Shown: one piece after another, positions 49,133 through 58,361 of the stretch
Layout of the letters: each line of letters begins with the position of its first letter
Position numbering within the stretch: the stretch's first letter is position 1
NCBI GenBank assembly: GCA_016192455.1
Contig: JACPUC010000026.1
Span: 198,821-262,820, forward strand
From: Candidatus Tectimicrobiota bacterium
GTDB taxonomy: Bacteria > JACPUC01
Direction: 5' to 3'
DNA length: 64,000 nucleotides
Program-made: the position numbers and the translations under genes
The notes under the pieces: generated by a model
The model's input: only the letters and a program-made list of their open reading frames with translations
The model's database searches: none
Told to the model about the DNA's origin: nothing

Positions 49133-50329
49133 ATGGAAGACCTTGTGATTGTGAGCGCAGTGCGCACCCCCTTCGCTGCCTTCGGCGGCACGCTGAAAGA
49201 CTTCTCGCTGCCGACCCTGGGGAGCATCGTGATCGCCGAGGCGTTGGCCCGCGCCAAGGTGCAGCCCGAGGAGGTGGACGAGATCGCCATGGGGGTCAAC
49301 CTGCCCGGCTCCGATCGCTCCATCGCCCGGCAGGCCATGCTGAAGGCCGGCATCCCGGAAGAGCGCGTCGCCTACACCGTGGACCGCGCCTGCTGCTCCT
49401 CGCTGGTCGCCATCACCCTGGCCTCGCGCGGCGTGCGTTCCGGCGATGCCGCCATCGCCGTGGCCGGCGGCACCGAGAACATGAGCAAGGTGCCCTACTT
49501 CGTCCACGACGCCCGCTGGGGTCATCGCCTGGGCGACATCGTGCTGAAGGACCAACTCGTCATAAGCTGCCCGCACACCGGCGTGCCGCGGGCCGTGCAG
49601 GCGGGCGAGGAGGCGGTGAAGTTCGGCGTCAGCCGTGAGGAACAGGACGAGTGGGCCTTCAACAGCCAGGAGCGCTACTTCGCCGCCGACGCCGCCGGCA
49701 AGTTCGCCGATGAGCTGGTGCCGGTGAAGGTGAAGCAGCGCAAGGGACCCGCCATCCCCTTCGAGAAGGACGAGTCGCCGCGCCGCACCACCCTCGAGAA
49801 GCTGGCCCAGCTTCAGACCATCTACGGCAGCCCCACGGTCACCGCCGGCAACGCCCCCGGCCTCAACACCGGCGCCTCGGCCTTGGTACTTATGTCGCGC
49901 CGTCTGGCGGAGAAGCGGGGGATTCAGCCCCTCGCCATCCTGCACACCACCGCCATGGTCTCCGGGCATCCCCACAGCCTGGCGTCGATCCCCGCCGTGG
50001 CGGCCAAGAAGGCGTTGGACCGGGTCGGCAAGCGCATCGAGGAGATGGACGTCATCGAGATCAACGAGGCCTTCGCCGCCATGCCGCTGGTCTCTACCCT
50101 GGTGCTCGCCGGCAACGACGTGAAGAAAGCGCAGGCGCTGCGGGCACGCACCAACGTGAACGGCGGCGCCATCGCCCTCGGCCACCCCACCGGAGCGACC
50201 GCCGCCCGCCTGGTCATGACCACGGCCTACGAGCTGCGTCGGCGCGGCGGCGGCTGGGGTGTGGCGACCCTCTGCGGCGGCATCGGCGAAGGCGAGGCGG
50301 CCGTCGTGGAGGTGCCACCCTCCTGGTAG
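49133..50329 (+). CDS. thiolase (acetyl-CoA C-acyltransferase)
   Basis: DRACCSS, NEAFA, GHPTGATAAR and LCGGIGEG catalytic motifs. Confidence 0.92.
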   Translation: MEDLVIVSAVRTPFAAFGGTLKDFSLPTLGSIVIAEALARAKVQPEEVDEIAMGVNLPGSDRSIARQAMLKAGIPEERVAYTVDRACCSSLVAITLASRGVRSGDAAIAVAGGTENMSKVPYFVHDARWGHRLGDIVLKDQLVISCPHTGVPRAVQAGEEAVKFGVSREEQDEWAFNSQERYFAADAAGKFADELVPVKVKQRKGPAIPFEKDESPRRTTLEKLAQLQTIYGSPTVTAGNAPGLNTGASALVLMSRRLAEKRGIQPLAILHTTAMVSGHPHSLASIPAVAAKKALDRVGKRIEEMDVIEINEAFAAMPLVSTLVLAGNDVKKAQALRARTNVNGGAIALGHPTGATAARLVMTTAYELRRRGGGWGVATLCGGIGEGEAAVVEVPPSW

Positions 50330-50413
50330 CACTACCAGGAGGGGCGGCGAAGGGGACGCAGCCCCCCGTGCGCCGCGCATCGCCGCCGCCTCTCACTGAT
50401 CAGGAACCACGCC

Positions 50414-52099
50414 ATGTCCGAACAACCCGCCAACGATGCGCAGCTTCGCGCCCATGCCGAAGCCTGGCGCAAGGCAACCCTGGAACCGGAGCGCGCCAAA
50501 AAGGGCGAGCGGCGGCCGCAGTTCACGACGCGCTCCGGCATCCCCGTGGAGCCTCTCTACACGCCGCTGCACCTTGACGGGTTTGACTACGAACGGCAGC
50601 TTGGTTTCCCCGGCGAGTACCCGTACACGCGCGGCGTCGATCCCAACATGTACCGTTCGCAGCTCTGGACCATGGGGCAGTATGCCGGCTTCGGCTCCGC
50701 CGAGGACTCGAACCGCCGCTTCAAGCTCCTCGTCGAGAAGGGCGGCACCGGTTTCTCCATCGCCCTCGACCTGCCGGTGCAGACCGGGCGCGACTCCGAC
50801 GACCCGCGGGCCATGGGCGAGGTCGGCAAGGTCGGCGTGGCCCTCAACTCCCGCAAGGACATGGAGGCGCTGCTCGACGGCGTGCCCCTGAGCAAGGTGC
50901 GGCAAATCCGCACCACGGCCAACTCCGTCGGCAACATCCTCCTGGCCTACTTCTGTTGCGCCGCCGAGGCCCAGGGGATCGCCCCCACCAGCTTCAACGT
51001 GCTGCTGCAGAATGATCCCCTGAAGGAGTACATCGGGCGCGGCACCTTCATCTACCCGCCGCGCGCCGCCATCCGCGTCACGGCGGACGTCATGGCCTAC
51101 TGCGCCGAGCACCTGCCGAACTGGACCTCGGTGAACGTCTCCGGCTACCACATCCAGGAGTCCGGCGCCACCGCGCCGCAGGAGATCGCCTTCACCTTCT
51201 GCCACGCCAAGGAGTACATCGACGCCACCCTGCAGCGCGGGGTCGCCATCGACGCCTTCGCGCCGAGCATCTGGGTCTTCTTCTCGGCGCAGATGGACCT
51301 CTTCGAGGAGGTGGCAAAGTTCCGCGCCGCGCGCCGCATCTGGGCCCGCATGATGAAGGAGCACTACGGCGCCCGGAACCCGCGGTCGATGGCCCTGCGC
51401 TTCCTCACCTTCACCGCCGGCAGCGCCCTCACCGCCCAGCAGCCGATGAACAACATCATCCGCGTCACCATCCAGGCCCTGGCCGGGGCGCTGGCGGGCA
51501 CGCAGACGCTGCACGCCTGCTCCTTCGACGAAGCCCTCGCCCTGCCCTCGGAGCAGGCGGTGACGATGTCCCTGCGGACGCAGCAGATTCTGGCCGAGGA
51601 GACCGGGGTGACGAACACCGTCGATCCCCTGGGCGGCTCCTACTACGTCGAGTCCCTGACGAACCGCCTCGAAGAGGAGGCCCTCGCCATCATGGAGAAG
51701 ATCGCCTCCCTGGGCGGCGCCGTCGAGGCCATCGAGAAGGGCTACGTGCAGCAGGAGCTCGGCAACGCGGCCTGGCAGCAGCAGCGCGCCATCGACCGCA
51801 AGGAGCAGATCGTCGTCGGCGTCAATCAGTACGTGGTGCCGGAGCAACTCGAGATCGGCCTCTTCAACCAGGACCCGAAGGTCTACGAGCGCGAGTGCGA
51901 GAAGCTGCGCAGGCTGCGCGTCGAGCGCGACGCCGACCGGGTGCGCAGGTCGCTCGACCGGTTGCGCAAGGATGCGGAGGGGACGGCGAACATCGTGCCG
52001 GCGACGCTCGATGCCATCAGGAACTGCGCCACGGTCGGCGAGGTCTGCGGCATCCTGCGCGAGGTCTTCGGCGAGTGGCGCGACCCGGGGATCATCTGA
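50414..52099 (+). CDS. B12-dependent acyl-CoA mutase large (substrate-binding) subunit
   Basis: PGEYPYTRG, WTMGQYAGFG, QNDPLKE, SGYHIQE and LGGSYYVE. No cobalamin-binding domain in the ORF or nearby. Confidence 0.9.
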   Translation: MSEQPANDAQLRAHAEAWRKATLEPERAKKGERRPQFTTRSGIPVEPLYTPLHLDGFDYERQLGFPGEYPYTRGVDPNMYRSQLWTMGQYAGFGSAEDSNRRFKLLVEKGGTGFSIALDLPVQTGRDSDDPRAMGEVGKVGVALNSRKDMEALLDGVPLSKVRQIRTTANSVGNILLAYFCCAAEAQGIAPTSFNVLLQNDPLKEYIGRGTFIYPPRAAIRVTADVMAYCAEHLPNWTSVNVSGYHIQESGATAPQEIAFTFCHAKEYIDATLQRGVAIDAFAPSIWVFFSAQMDLFEEVAKFRAARRIWARMMKEHYGARNPRSMALRFLTFTAGSALTAQQPMNNIIRVTIQALAGALAGTQTLHACSFDEALALPSEQAVTMSLRTQQILAEETGVTNTVDPLGGSYYVESLTNRLEEEALAIMEKIASLGGAVEAIEKGYVQQELGNAAWQQQRAIDRKEQIVVGVNQYVVPEQLEIGLFNQDPKVYERECEKLRRLRVERDADRVRRSLDRLRKDAEGTANIVPATLDAIRNCATVGEVCGILREVFGEWRDPGII

Positions 52100-52201
52100 G
52101 GCATCTCCTGACAAAGCCTGCGGGCGCCAGGCATCCGTCTGGAGCAGCACGACAAGGCCGGCCAGTCGCCGGCCTTGTCGTCTCGGCACGGGAGATCGCG
52201 C

Positions 52202-53176
52202 ATGACGGAGCCGACCATCGCCGTCATCCAGTCGCGCTTCGCCTCCACCGACGTCGAGGCGGAGGTCTGGGTCGAGCTGCGGCCGCGCATCGTGACCACC
52301 GCGGCTTGGTCCAGCGAGGCGATCCTCGACGCCGCCGCCGAGGCCGACGCCGTCCTGGCGGGGGCGCGGCCGCAATTCACCGCGGCGGTGCTGCGGCGGC
52401 TGCCGCGCTGCAAGGGACTGGTCTTCAACGGGGTGGGCTACAACAATATCGACATGGCGGCGGCGACCGCCCAGGGCATCGCGGTGTGCAACGTGCCCGA
52501 CTACTGCGTCGAGGAGGTGGCCACGCACACCATCCTCATGCTCCTGGTGCTGGCGCGCAAGCTTCCCGCCGCCCTCGAACAAGTCCGCACTGGCCAATGG
52601 AACGCGCGCGCCCTGGCGCCCATCCCACCGCTCGACGAGCAGATCCTCGGCATCATCGGCTTCGGCCGCATCGGCCAGGCGGTCGCCGTGAAGGCGCAAG
52701 CCTTCGGGCTGACGCTGTGGGTGCACGACCCGTACGCAGAGTTCGCCCACATCCGCCAGTACGGCGCCCTACCGGTGAGCCTCGAGGACCTCGCCTCGCA
52801 CGCCGATTTCATCAGCCTGCACAGCCCCCTCACCGCCGAGACCCGCCACCTCGTCAACGCCGCCCTGCTGCGGCGCATGAAGCCGAGCGCAGCGATCATC
52901 AACACCTCGCGCGGCTCCCTCATCGACGAGGCAGCCCTCCTCGAGGCGCTGAACCGCGGCGCCCTGCGCGCGGCCGCCCTCGACGTCCTGGACACGGAGC
53001 CGCCGGCGCCGGATCACCCCCTCCTCCATCATCCCCAGGTGCTCGTCACCCCCCATGCCGGCTGGTACTCCGATGCCGCCGAGCCGCGCGTGCGCCGCCT
53101 CTCCGCCGAGGAGGTCCGCCGCATCCTCACCGGCCAGCGCCCCCGCTGCCTGCTCAATCCCGAGGTTCTCGCGTGA
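52202..53176 (+). CDS. D-isomer-specific 2-hydroxyacid dehydrogenase (CtBP-like)
   Basis: NVPDYCVEEVA, GIIGFGRIG, INTSRG and TPHAGWYS. Confidence 0.9.
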   Translation: MTEPTIAVIQSRFASTDVEAEVWVELRPRIVTTAAWSSEAILDAAAEADAVLAGARPQFTAAVLRRLPRCKGLVFNGVGYNNIDMAAATAQGIAVCNVPDYCVEEVATHTILMLLVLARKLPAALEQVRTGQWNARALAPIPPLDEQILGIIGFGRIGQAVAVKAQAFGLTLWVHDPYAEFAHIRQYGALPVSLEDLASHADFISLHSPLTAETRHLVNAALLRRMKPSAAIINTSRGSLIDEAALLEALNRGALRAAALDVLDTEPPAPDHPLLHHPQVLVTPHAGWYSDAAEPRVRRLSAEEVRRILTGQRPRCLLNPEVLA

Positions 53177-53194
53177 TTCCACCCTTCCTTCCTT

Positions 53195-53393
53195 GCGTTA
53201 CGACCCACAAGTTCCATCCTCGATTCGACGCTTTCTCCGCGCCATTTGAGGGGGGAAATTTCTTCTGGGGCACCCTTGCTCCCCGACACCCCCATCTCGT
53301 AGGGGCGGTTCGCTAACCGCCCTTACAACGCGGGGTGCGCGAGGGGGCGCGGCTCCCTCGCCAAGCTATGCGGTAAAACTTGAGAGACAACAC
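53195..53393 (+). mobile_element. MITE-like repeat, copy 5, with an internal GTAG REP at 53299-53326
   Basis: Left end GCGTTACGACCCACAAGTTCCATCCT resembles the left end of copy 2; right end AAACTTGAGAGACAACAC. Confidence 0.7.
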
Positions 53394-53444
53394 AGTAGCA
53401 CCCGCCTGTCCGAGCCCTTAGATTTTTGGTAGGAAGAGAGAGGC

Positions 53445-54416
53445 GTGACGGCAAGCTCGCCGCCTTACGGGAGCAACCCGATGTGGTTCGCGCAGCCCCT
53501 CAATCGCGGTCTGACGTGGCTCGTGCCGCGCCTGCCCGATGCGCTGGTGCGCCGGGTGGCCGCTCCGTACCTGGCCGGGGAGAGCCGCGTCGACGCCCTG
53601 GACCTGCTGAAGAGCCTGGCGGCGCGCGGCATTCGGGGCGCCCTCAACTACCTCGGCGAAGAGGTGGAGAATCCGGAGCAAGCCGAGGCGGCGCTCAACG
53701 AGTATCTCCAAGTGCTGGATGCCGTCGCCTCGCTCGGCGCCGATGCTTACGCCTCGATGAAACCGTCGCAGCTCGGCCTGCGTCCCCGTGGCGTGGGGAT
53801 GGAGGGCTGCATCGAGCGTTGCCTGCACCTGGCGCGGCGCGCGGCGCGGGATGGGCTCTTTCTGCGCCTCGAGATGGAGGACGCCACCTACACCGACGCC
53901 ACCCTCGAACTCTGGCGGCGCGTGCATTGCGAGTACGCCAACGTCGGGCTGGTGCTGCAGGCGCGCCTCTTCCGCAGCGCGGCGGATGCCGCCACCCTGA
54001 TGACGGCCGCCGCGGCGGTGCGGCTGTGCAAGGGCATCTACATCGAGCCGCGGGACATTGCCTACACCAGGGATGCCGACATCCGCGCCAGCTACCTCCG
54101 TCTCGCCGAGCGGCTCATGGAGGGGAATGGTTTCCTCGCCTTCGCCACCCACGACGACTGGCTTGTCGAGCGACTCCTCGAACGGCTTACGGAGCGCGCT
54201 TTCCCAGCCGAGCGCTACGAGTTCCAGCTCCTCCTCGGGGTGCGCCCCCACCTGATCGGTGAACTGCTGCGGCGCGGCCAGCCGCTGCGCCTCTACCTGC
54301 CGTACGGCCCGTGGTCCCAGGCGCGGGCTTACGCCCAGCGACGCATGCGCAAGAATCCCGCCCTTGCCTACCACCTGCTGAAGAACACACTCCTCTCAGG
54401 GGGTGCCCGCGCCTAG
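53445..54416 (+). CDS. monofunctional proline dehydrogenase family protein
   Basis: YLAGES, NYLGEE, LEMED, VRLCKGIY, FATHD, FQLLLGV and YLPYG.W..Y..RR. Confidence 0.88.
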   Translation: MTASSPPYGSNPMWFAQPLNRGLTWLVPRLPDALVRRVAAPYLAGESRVDALDLLKSLAARGIRGALNYLGEEVENPEQAEAALNEYLQVLDAVASLGADAYASMKPSQLGLRPRGVGMEGCIERCLHLARRAARDGLFLRLEMEDATYTDATLELWRRVHCEYANVGLVLQARLFRSAADAATLMTAAAAVRLCKGIYIEPRDIAYTRDADIRASYLRLAERLMEGNGFLAFATHDDWLVERLLERLTERAFPAERYEFQLLLGVRPHLIGELLRRGQPLRLYLPYGPWSQARAYAQRRMRKNPALAYHLLKNTLLSGGARA

Positions 54417-54678
54417 CCCTCCTGGCCGCGACATTGCCCCTGGCGAAGGCGGCCGGTGGCGGACGCAACCATGGAAGAGGCGCCTGGCGACACCCTACGG
54501 CGCTCCTCCAGCCGCCGTAAGGAGTTTCGGACCAGGGCGCCCTCGGGTGGTTGGGTTCTCGGCGGAGAGACTAGGTAGCCGTTGCAAGTCGCAGCCTGGT
54601 GTGCCATACTTCCGCGCAACCTACCCGACCTCTTCACTCGCGATACGCTAACGTCGTTCGTTGCAGAGGAGTTTCAGC

Positions 54679-55338
54679 ATGTCCGAGCGCTACGACATCA
54701 CCATGTATATTTGCTACGTCTGACCCTACGCCGCCCGGGCCACGGAGTGGCTCTATCGGCTGCAAGAGAAGTGGGGCGAGAACCTCAACGTCACCTACAA
54801 GTCGTTCGTCCTGGAGCAGGCCAACTCGCGCCGCGAGCCGGAGTGGAAGGTCTGGCTCGACCGCTACTTCCCGAGCCGCGACCTGCCCCCCCTGGAGGCC
54901 GCGAAGTGCGCCGCCATGCAGGGCGAGGAGGCGTTCCGGGCCTATAACATCCGCCTCTTCCGCGCCTGCCATCAGGAGAAGCTGGAGATCACCAACCAGC
55001 TCGTGCTCTACGAACTGGCGAAAGAGGTCGGGCTGGACGCCGCGTGCTTCTCCGCCGACCTGCGCAGCAAGCGGGCGCGCGAGCTGGTGGCCCAGGAGCA
55101 CGAGGAGGCGGTGGCGCGCTACGGCCTCTTCGGCGTGCCGACGATCATCTTCGAGGAGCGCGAGGCGGTCTTCGTCAAGCTCGAGCCGGGCGACTGGGAG
55201 GGGACGGACGACGAGGCGCTCTTCCGGGACATCGCAAAGATGGCCACGCGCTACCCGAAGCTCCTGGAGCTGAAGAAGCCGGACTCCGAAGTGCTGGCCA
55301 GGAAGTCCGCCGAGAAGTACGCCAAGCGCCAGGCGTAA
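54679..55338 (+). CDS. DsbA/FrnE-like thioredoxin-fold selenoprotein, CxxU (Sec at codon 15, TGA 54721-54723)
   Basis: AGAGGAG RBS, then MSERYDITMYIC-Y-V-TGA-PY. The frame continues without a stop into the tracked ORF 54916-55338 (GVPT cis-Pro loop). A SECIS-like hairpin lies 20 nt after the TGA. Confidence 0.85.
54737..54753 (+). promoter_or_regulatory. bacterial SECIS-like stem-loop
   Basis: GGGCCAC-GGA-GUGGCUC: a 7-bp stem with one G-U pair and a G-initiated apical loop starting 20 nt after the UGA. Confidence 0.6.
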
Positions 55339-55537
55339 CGTCGTTGCCGCCCAGCCTCCGCCGGCGCCCTTCTGGCACAACGTCTCCCTGCGACGCCTAC
55401 CAGCCGCCTCGCCGCCGCGAGCGGCTGGTAGGCTGTGTGCGCCTTCCGCCGAGCGCAACCGACTGTTACGCCCCATCGCTCCCGCCCACTTCCCATCACC
55501 TGTTTCCAGCGAAGTCTCCCTCCACGACTCCAAACAC

Positions 55538-55568
55538 CGTGGGAGTTCGAGCCGCTCCTTCGGCGCCA
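55538..55568 (+). other. degenerate tRNA-3'-end-like sequence, possible att remnant
   Basis: CGTGGGAGTTCGAGCCGCTCCTTCGGCGCCA resembles a tRNA-Leu T-arm/acceptor end, but the T-stem does not pair fully. It sits at the composition shift. Confidence 0.25.
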
Positions 55569-55604
55569 GAAATTCCTTGTAAGCTATTAACATTCAAGGA
55601 GATA

Positions 55605-55955
55605 TTAGAGTACATGGTTGTGGGAGTTTGTGCGGAAGTCCTGCGGCAATGTTCCACGTGGAACATCGGTTTGAGTTGTGCTGATCATCTGCCTCGCTGC
55701 CACCAGTTTGAGTACGCCTCCGAGGCTGGAACGGAGTACAACCTCCTGTTGTTCAGTCCGTGGTTTCCGGCATCCGCATCCTCCAACGTCGTGCCAAACC
55801 GTTGCTGCGTACCGCCAGGGCATCCCGCCTGTCTCCGTCCTCAACATCTTCACCAGCCCGCCTGAGGCTGTTACAACCAAGATCACCGTGTCCAACGCAT
55901 AGCCTTCGGCCTTGGTGATCACGAGTTCTTTAAGGTCCGGATTCTGGGGTTCCAT
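55605..55955 (-). CDS. hypothetical protein or gene remnant downstream of arsC
   Basis: Same strand as the ars operon and starts 37 bp after arsC; no recognisable motif. Confidence 0.3.
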   Translation of the reverse strand: MEPQNPDLKELVITKAEGYALDTVILVVTASGGLVKMLRTETGGMPWRYAATVWHDVGGCGCRKPRTEQQEVVLRSSLGGVLKLVAARQMISTTQTDVPRGTLPQDFRTNSHNHVL

Positions 55956-55991
55956 GAGGCGAAGGACGCCTGAAGGGGATGAGCCCTTTTC

Positions 55992-56402
55992 TCACAGCCG
56001 CGCGAGTAATGTCTCCACCTTGTCCCGGATCATATCTCGGATGCTGCGGAAGTCCTTGAATGCCATCTCTTTCGGATCAGGAATGTGCCATTCTTCCCGG
56101 ATTTTTGCTGGTACGAACGGGCAGGCGTCCCCGCAACCCATGGAGATGACGGCATCGTACTCGTTCATCGGAATCTCGGCGAGGGACTTGGAGCTATGGA
56201 TGGAAAGGTCGTAACCGACCTCGTTCATGGCTTCGATGGCTTTCTGGTTGAGGCGCCCGGAAGGCCGTGCTCCAGCGCTCCAGGCCTCGATCCGTGCACC
56301 GCCGAGCATCCGAGCGAAGGCTTCAGCCATCTGACTCCGGTTGGAGTTCTCGATGCAGACGAAGAGGACGCGCTTGCGACCGCGGGAGTCGTTGGGCTGC
56401 AT
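55992..56402 (-). CDS. arsC: LMW-PTP-fold arsenate reductase
   Basis: VLFVCIENSNRSQMAE P-loop, SAG and MGCGDACP; follows acr3. Confidence 0.85.
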   Translation of the reverse strand: MQPNDSRGRKRVLFVCIENSNRSQMAEAFARMLGGARIEAWSAGARPSGRLNQKAIEAMNEVGYDLSIHSSKSLAEIPMNEYDAVISMGCGDACPFVPAKIREEWHIPDPKEMAFKDFRSIRDMIRDKVETLLARL

Positions 56403-56422
56403 CGTTCTTCCTCAACGACGTA

Positions 56423-57541
56423 TCAAGCGGGGGTCGAAACGGTGAAGAACATGCGCTGGAACCGGAGCGCCACGTTCACCAGGCTGATGAGCACGGGCAC
56501 CTCCACCAATGGACCGACGACCGCCGCGAAGGCGGCGCCCGAGTTGATGCCGAAGACAGCGACCGCCACGGCGATGGCCAGCTCGAAGTTGTTGCTGGCC
56601 GCGGTGAACGACAAGGCGGTCGTCTTCGCGTAGTCCGCTCCGATCTTCCTGCCCATCCAGAAGGAGACCAGAAACATCAGCACGAAGTAGAACAGCAATG
56701 GCACGGCAATCCGCACGACATCCAGCGGAATCCCCACGATCAGCTCGCCTTTCAGGCTGAACATCACCAGGATTGTAAAAAGGAGCGCGGCCAGCGTAAT
56801 CGGGCTGATCTTCGGGATGAACGACCTCTCGTACCAGGTCTTGCCCTTCACCTTCAGCAGCACAAAGCGCGTGATCATGCCGGCAAGGAAGGGAATGCCG
56901 AGGTAAATGAAGACGCTCTCCGCGATCTGGCCCATGCTCACCTTGACGATGCTCCCGCTCAGGCCGAAGAGTGGAGGGAGGACCGTGATGAAGACGTACG
57001 CGTAGGCGCTGTAGAAGAGTACTTGGAAGACACTGTTGAACGCTACTAGGCCGGCGGCGTACTCGGTGTCCCCCTCGGCCAGTTCGTTCCACACGATGAC
57101 CATTGCGATGCAGCGCGCCAGGCCGATCATGATCAGCCCGACCATGTACGCCGGGTAACCCCTCAGGAAGAAGATCGCCAGGAAGAACATCAGCATCGGC
57201 CCGACGATCCAGTTCAGCACCAGTGAGACCCCAAGGACCTTCCAGTTGCGGAATACGTCCCTGAGTTCCTCGTATTTCACCTTCGCAAGCGGTGGGTACA
57301 TCATGAGGATCAGTCCGACGGCGATCGGGATGTTCGTCGTGCCGACTTGGAACCGGTTGATGAATGCATCGACGCTAGGGAGAGCGTAGCCGGCGCCGAC
57401 CCCCACCGCCATGCCCAGAAAAATCCACAGGGTCAGGTATCGGTCCAAGAAAGGGAGATTCGCGGCAACGCCATGGGACGACTGGCGTATGGCGCCGTCC
57501 ATGACAGACCGATTCGGTGTGGTGGTCTGAGCATCGCTCAT
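56423..57541 (-). CDS. acr3: ACR3 family arsenite efflux transporter
   Basis: [28 protein letters not shown] and [11 protein letters not shown]. Confidence 0.95.
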   Translation of the reverse strand: MSDAQTTTPNRSVMDGAIRQSSHGVAANLPFLDRYLTLWIFLGMAVGVGAGYALPSVDAFINRFQVGTTNIPIAVGLILMMYPPLAKVKYEELRDVFRNWKVLGVSLVLNWIVGPMLMFFLAIFFLRGYPAYMVGLIMIGLARCIAMVIVWNELAEGDTEYAAGLVAFNSVFQVLFYSAYAYVFITVLPPLFGLSGSIVKVSMGQIAESVFIYLGIPFLAGMITRFVLLKVKGKTWYERSFIPKISPITLAALLFTILVMFSLKGELIVGIPLDVVRIAVPLLFYFVLMFLVSFWMGRKIGADYAKTTALSFTAASNNFELAIAVAVAVFGINSGAAFAAVVGPLVEVPVLISLVNVALRFQRMFFTVSTPA

Positions 57542-57909
57542 CGTGATGTCTCCTCGCAACCAGGCGGGCAGCATCCACCCGTCATGCGCAGCCTCTTCGC
57601 CCGGGCCTGGTCTCCCTCGAGCTCGGGCGCCTCCTGGAAACAACTGCCCAGACAGTCGAGCAGCTTCGCGTGGAAGCTGGTGCGAGCCTCCGTCAGCGAA
57701 TAGAAGCACCAGCGGCCGTCCTTGCGGACCTCCACCAGACCGGCTTCCCGCAGATAGCGCAGATGGCGAGAGGCCGTCGGCTGGGGAACTTGCAGCACCT
57801 CGACAAGATCCCCCACGCACATCTCGTCCTCGCGCAGCAGCAGGAGGATGCGCAGACGGATCGGGTCGGTGAACGCCCGGAACATGCGGTTAACGGCCGC
57901 GGTTCTCAT
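57538..57909 (-). CDS. arsR: ArsR/SmtB family repressor
   Basis: [30 protein letters not shown] and C-terminal CC; 4-bp overlap with acr3. Confidence 0.9.
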   Translation of the reverse strand: MRTAAVNRMFRAFTDPIRLRILLLLREDEMCVGDLVEVLQVPQPTASRHLRYLREAGLVEVRKDGRWCFYSLTEARTSFHAKLLDCLGSCFQEAPELEGDQARAKRLRMTGGCCPPGCEETSR

Positions 57910-57927
57910 ATTCACTTATCCGAATAT
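57908..57927. promoter_or_regulatory. candidate ArsR operator
   Basis: ATATTC-N8-GAATAT inverted repeat overlapping the arsR start. Confidence 0.5.
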
Positions 57928-58347
57928 ATGTGAGGCGTGGATATCTGTCAAGGTGTCGGCTGCCGCGGGGGCACTGCAAAAGCAATGTCGTGGACTGGCC
58001 TTCGGGCACAGAACGTCCGAGACGATGGCCTGGCGTTGCGCGCGGCGTACTCGCGGCCCACCACGTCGCGCACCTTCACTTCCAGGGCCTTCCCGGCCAG
58101 TGCTGAATGGCGAGCCGCGCCAGCGAGCTCATCGGGTCTCCCCGGGGCGCCCGTGTCCGGCAGCGTCCGCTTCGTTCCCCTTGTTTGCTTTGATGATGGT
58201 TCCCTGGGCCTGGAGTAAGCCTCCTTTTTCCCCAAGGTGTCCAGCCGAAGCATACTTTATCGGGCCGAGGCTCAGCCCCCCTTGCTTGATCAATAAGTTT
58301 TAGACTTTCTCGATCATATATAGTATGCGTTATTCTTATGCTAGATA

Positions 58348-58361
58348 TTGATATCTATCAA
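58348..58361. promoter_or_regulatory. FNR box in the ars / ttr-like divergent region
   Basis: TTGAT-ATCT-ATCAA is a perfect consensus match. Confidence 0.8.
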
